A stretch of 29,164 nt of DNA from Hormoscilla sp. (lineage in GTDB: Bacteria > Cyanobacteriota > Cyanobacteriia > Cyanobacteriales > Desertifilaceae). The stretch is from assembly GCA_051439505.1 (NCBI GenBank), contig JBFRWI010000054.1, forward strand, positions 1 through 29,164. Direction: 5' to 3'. The notes under the pieces are model-generated. The model did no database searches. It saw only the letters and a program-made list of their open reading frames with translations, and was not told the origin of the DNA. The stretch's first letter is position 1; every line of letters starts with the position of its first letter. Position numbers and translations under genes: made by a program. Of the stretch, positions 27,252 to 29,164 are shown piece by piece.

Positions 27252-28784
27252 ATGACTAAAAAATTATATCTCGTGTTGGCGGCTTTATGGGCTAGCATGG
27301 CCGTCACGGCTTGTGGAAGTAACCCCACAACTAAGGATAATTCTGGTGCGGCGGATGGGGATGTTGTCAACATTAGCCAACGCTTTGATGGTGAAAGAAT
27401 TACAGTGCTAACTCGGGAGGAACCTTACAGTAGCGAACCCCTGCTGCGACGAGGTCCTGATTTTGCATCCCTGACGGGGGCAAAGGTGAATGTGGTCACG
27501 GTTCCCTATAGCGATCTTTACCAGGAAATAATTAAAGATTTTTATGCGGGAAAAAATAAATATGATGTGGTGGTGTTTGCATCTCAATGGATGGTAGATT
27601 ATGTCCAGAAAGGGTATCTGGAAGACTTGACGGCACGGGTTGCGGCGGACAAAGGGATTCAATGGGATGATGTGGTGCCGTTTTTCCGTGAATTCAATGC
27701 TACTTACAACAGAAAGATATATACAATTCCTCTAGATGGGGACTTCCACATGGTATATTATCGTCAGGATTTGTTACAGCAGGCTGGCATGAAGCCTCCT
27801 CAAACTTGGCAGGATTATCTGGCGATCGCCAAGCATTTTCACGGTCGGGACCTCAACGGTGACAAGAAGCCTGACTATGGCTCCTGTATCACCAAGAAAC
27901 GCAACGCCCAAGCTCACTGGATGGTGTGGTCAGTAGTGAGCGCTTTCCTCCAGACTCAAGGAACTCAGCAGGGTGCTTTTTTCGATCCCGAAACGATGAA
28001 ACCGCTAGTCAAGAACGAAGCTTTTGCTTTGGCCCTAGATATTTACAAGGAAACAAATAAATATGGTCCCGAAAATGAACTGGAAATGGACCTGTTCGAC
28101 GCCCAGGCAGTGTTTCGGGCAGGCCGTTGTGCTCTCGCATTAAGCTGGGGCGATATTGGTACTCAGGTAATAGATCCGACTACGTCCAAGGTTGTTGATA
28201 AAATTGGCGTGACGATCTTACCGGGAACGAGACAAGTGCTCGATCGGGCTACGGGTAAGTTAGTTCCCTGCAATAAAATCACCTGTCCCTATGCCATTGA
28301 AGGTGTTAATCACGCCCCCTACGGAGCCTTCGGTGGCTGGGTGGGAGCTATTAATACTGCGGCCCCGAGCAGAACTAAGGATGCTAGCTATGCTTTCCTT
28401 TCCTATATGAGCCAGCCAGCCCAGTCTAATATCGATGTTACCATTGGCATCACGGGCTTTAATCCCTATCGCATCTCCCAATTTAAGACCCGCGAACCTT
28501 GGCTAGCAGCGGGCATGAGTTTCAATACTGCTAGCGAGTATCTCGGAGCCATTAACTTATCTTTGACCAGTCCCAATATGGTGTTGGATATGCTCATTCC
28601 CCAAAATAACCGCTATCAACAAATTGTGCTGGACTCGGCAGTTGCTGACTTTCTCGCTGATAAAATTACCCGGGATGAGGCGATCGATCGAATCTATAAT
28701 GGCTGGGAAGAAATTACCACGGAAATGGGTCGCGATCGGCAAAGGGCTGCTTACCGTGCGACGCTGGGTTTGACAGCGCCTTAA
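27252..28784 (+). CDS. ABC-type extracellular solute-binding lipoprotein (sugar-binding family 1-like)
   Basis: Signal peptide MTKK followed by a hydrophobic stretch and lipobox-like VTAC. Motifs YDVVVF, GYLEDLT, IYTIPLDGD, YYRQDLL and PPQTWQDY. The start could be 27240 or 27252. Confidence 0.85.
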   Translation: MTKKLYLVLAALWASMAVTACGSNPTTKDNSGAADGDVVNISQRFDGERITVLTREEPYSSEPLLRRGPDFASLTGAKVNVVTVPYSDLYQEIIKDFYAGKNKYDVVVFASQWMVDYVQKGYLEDLTARVAADKGIQWDDVVPFFREFNATYNRKIYTIPLDGDFHMVYYRQDLLQQAGMKPPQTWQDYLAIAKHFHGRDLNGDKKPDYGSCITKKRNAQAHWMVWSVVSAFLQTQGTQQGAFFDPETMKPLVKNEAFALALDIYKETNKYGPENELEMDLFDAQAVFRAGRCALALSWGDIGTQVIDPTTSKVVDKIGVTILPGTRQVLDRATGKLVPCNKITCPYAIEGVNHAPYGAFGGWVGAINTAAPSRTKDASYAFLSYMSQPAQSNIDVTIGITGFNPYRISQFKTREPWLAAGMSFNTASEYLGAINLSLTSPNMVLDMLIPQNNRYQQIVLDSAVADFLADKITRDEAIDRIYNGWEEITTEMGRDRQRAAYRATLGLTAP

Positions 28785-28864
28785 AGAGTTGCGATTAAGT
28801 GCCCAAAAACTTACACATCTCTCATATTTAGGGTAATTCTTAGTACGAGAAAGCGGTTATTGGG

Positions 28865-29024
28865 GGGTGTGGTCAAAACCCGTTGATCGTTCCTGGGCCC
28901 CCTCCCAGTCGCCGGATCCCCCCAAACCCCCCTTAAAAAAAAGGGGGGCGCACCGGTTGCCCCCCCTTTGCGAAAGGGGGCGTTGGGGGGGATCGCTGCT
29001 GCAACTCTCTGCATGACCACACCC
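28865..29024. mobile_element. Non-autonomous MITE-like element, 160 bp, same end family as 836-1306, opposite orientation
   Basis: Perfect 11-bp terminal inverted repeats GGGTGTGGTCA / TGACCACACCC. 9-bp direct repeat GTTATTGGG at 28856-28864 and 29025-29033. The interior 28915-28994 is a CCCCCCTT-AAGGGGGG double-hairpin repeat. Confidence 0.85.
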
Positions 29025-29164
29025 GTTATTGGGGAATAAAATTAGATAAAGTCTACTTGCTTTTTGTGAGGCAAGTCCACTAAGCTAGAAAAACGCAGTG
29101 GATGGCTAGCCCTGGCTGCTAACTATAAGCGCTCGCTGGCTCACAGGGCCGCGAGCTTTGCTGG

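Larger units (their letters stand above)
1..29164. repeat. HIP1 octamer GCGATCGC dispersed throughout
   Basis: More than 20 copies seen by eye in coding and non-coding DNA (for example near 205, 1529, 6856, 14359, 16313 as an overlapping pair, 18955 and 24291). This is a hallmark of many cyanobacterial genomes. Confidence 0.9.

Noticed and set aside
29034..29164. Possible 3' end of a minus-strand gene at the window edge
   Set aside because: Only a few codons are visible, so it cannot be supported.

Overview
AT/GC-balanced chromosomal segment of a filamentous cyanobacterium (Oscillatoriales-like, inferred from abundant HIP1 octamers GCGATCGC, heptamer STRR-type arrays and cyanobacterial gene content). 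Most of it is housekeeping and signalling genes: nblB-like HEAT protein, S66 LD-carboxypeptidase, two hybrid histidine kinases, a receiver-only response regulator, a peptidoglycan-binding/HEAT protein, EamA, sppA, aroH, crtR, an FAD oxidoreductase, an AtzE-type amidase, ppk1, DUF2854, CRR7, a DXCF-cyanobacteriochrome diguanylate cyclase, sulfite reductase with a C-terminal RHH-like tail, and a solute-binding lipoprotein. The most unusual signals are intergenic. First, a 6S-RNA-like element (about 21790-21952, minus strand) whose 5' half resembles cyanobacterial 6S RNA, but whose 3' part refolds into a rod that appears to sequester the ribosome-binding site of two small unknown genes. Second, a family of non-autonomous elements with GGGTGTRGTCA ends and 8-9 bp target duplications, present at 471, 160 and only 22 bp with unrelated interiors. 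Third, several tandem or nested small-repeat clusters. No CRISPR array, tRNA, rRNA or transposase gene was seen. All family assignments come from motif recognition by eye, without database searches.
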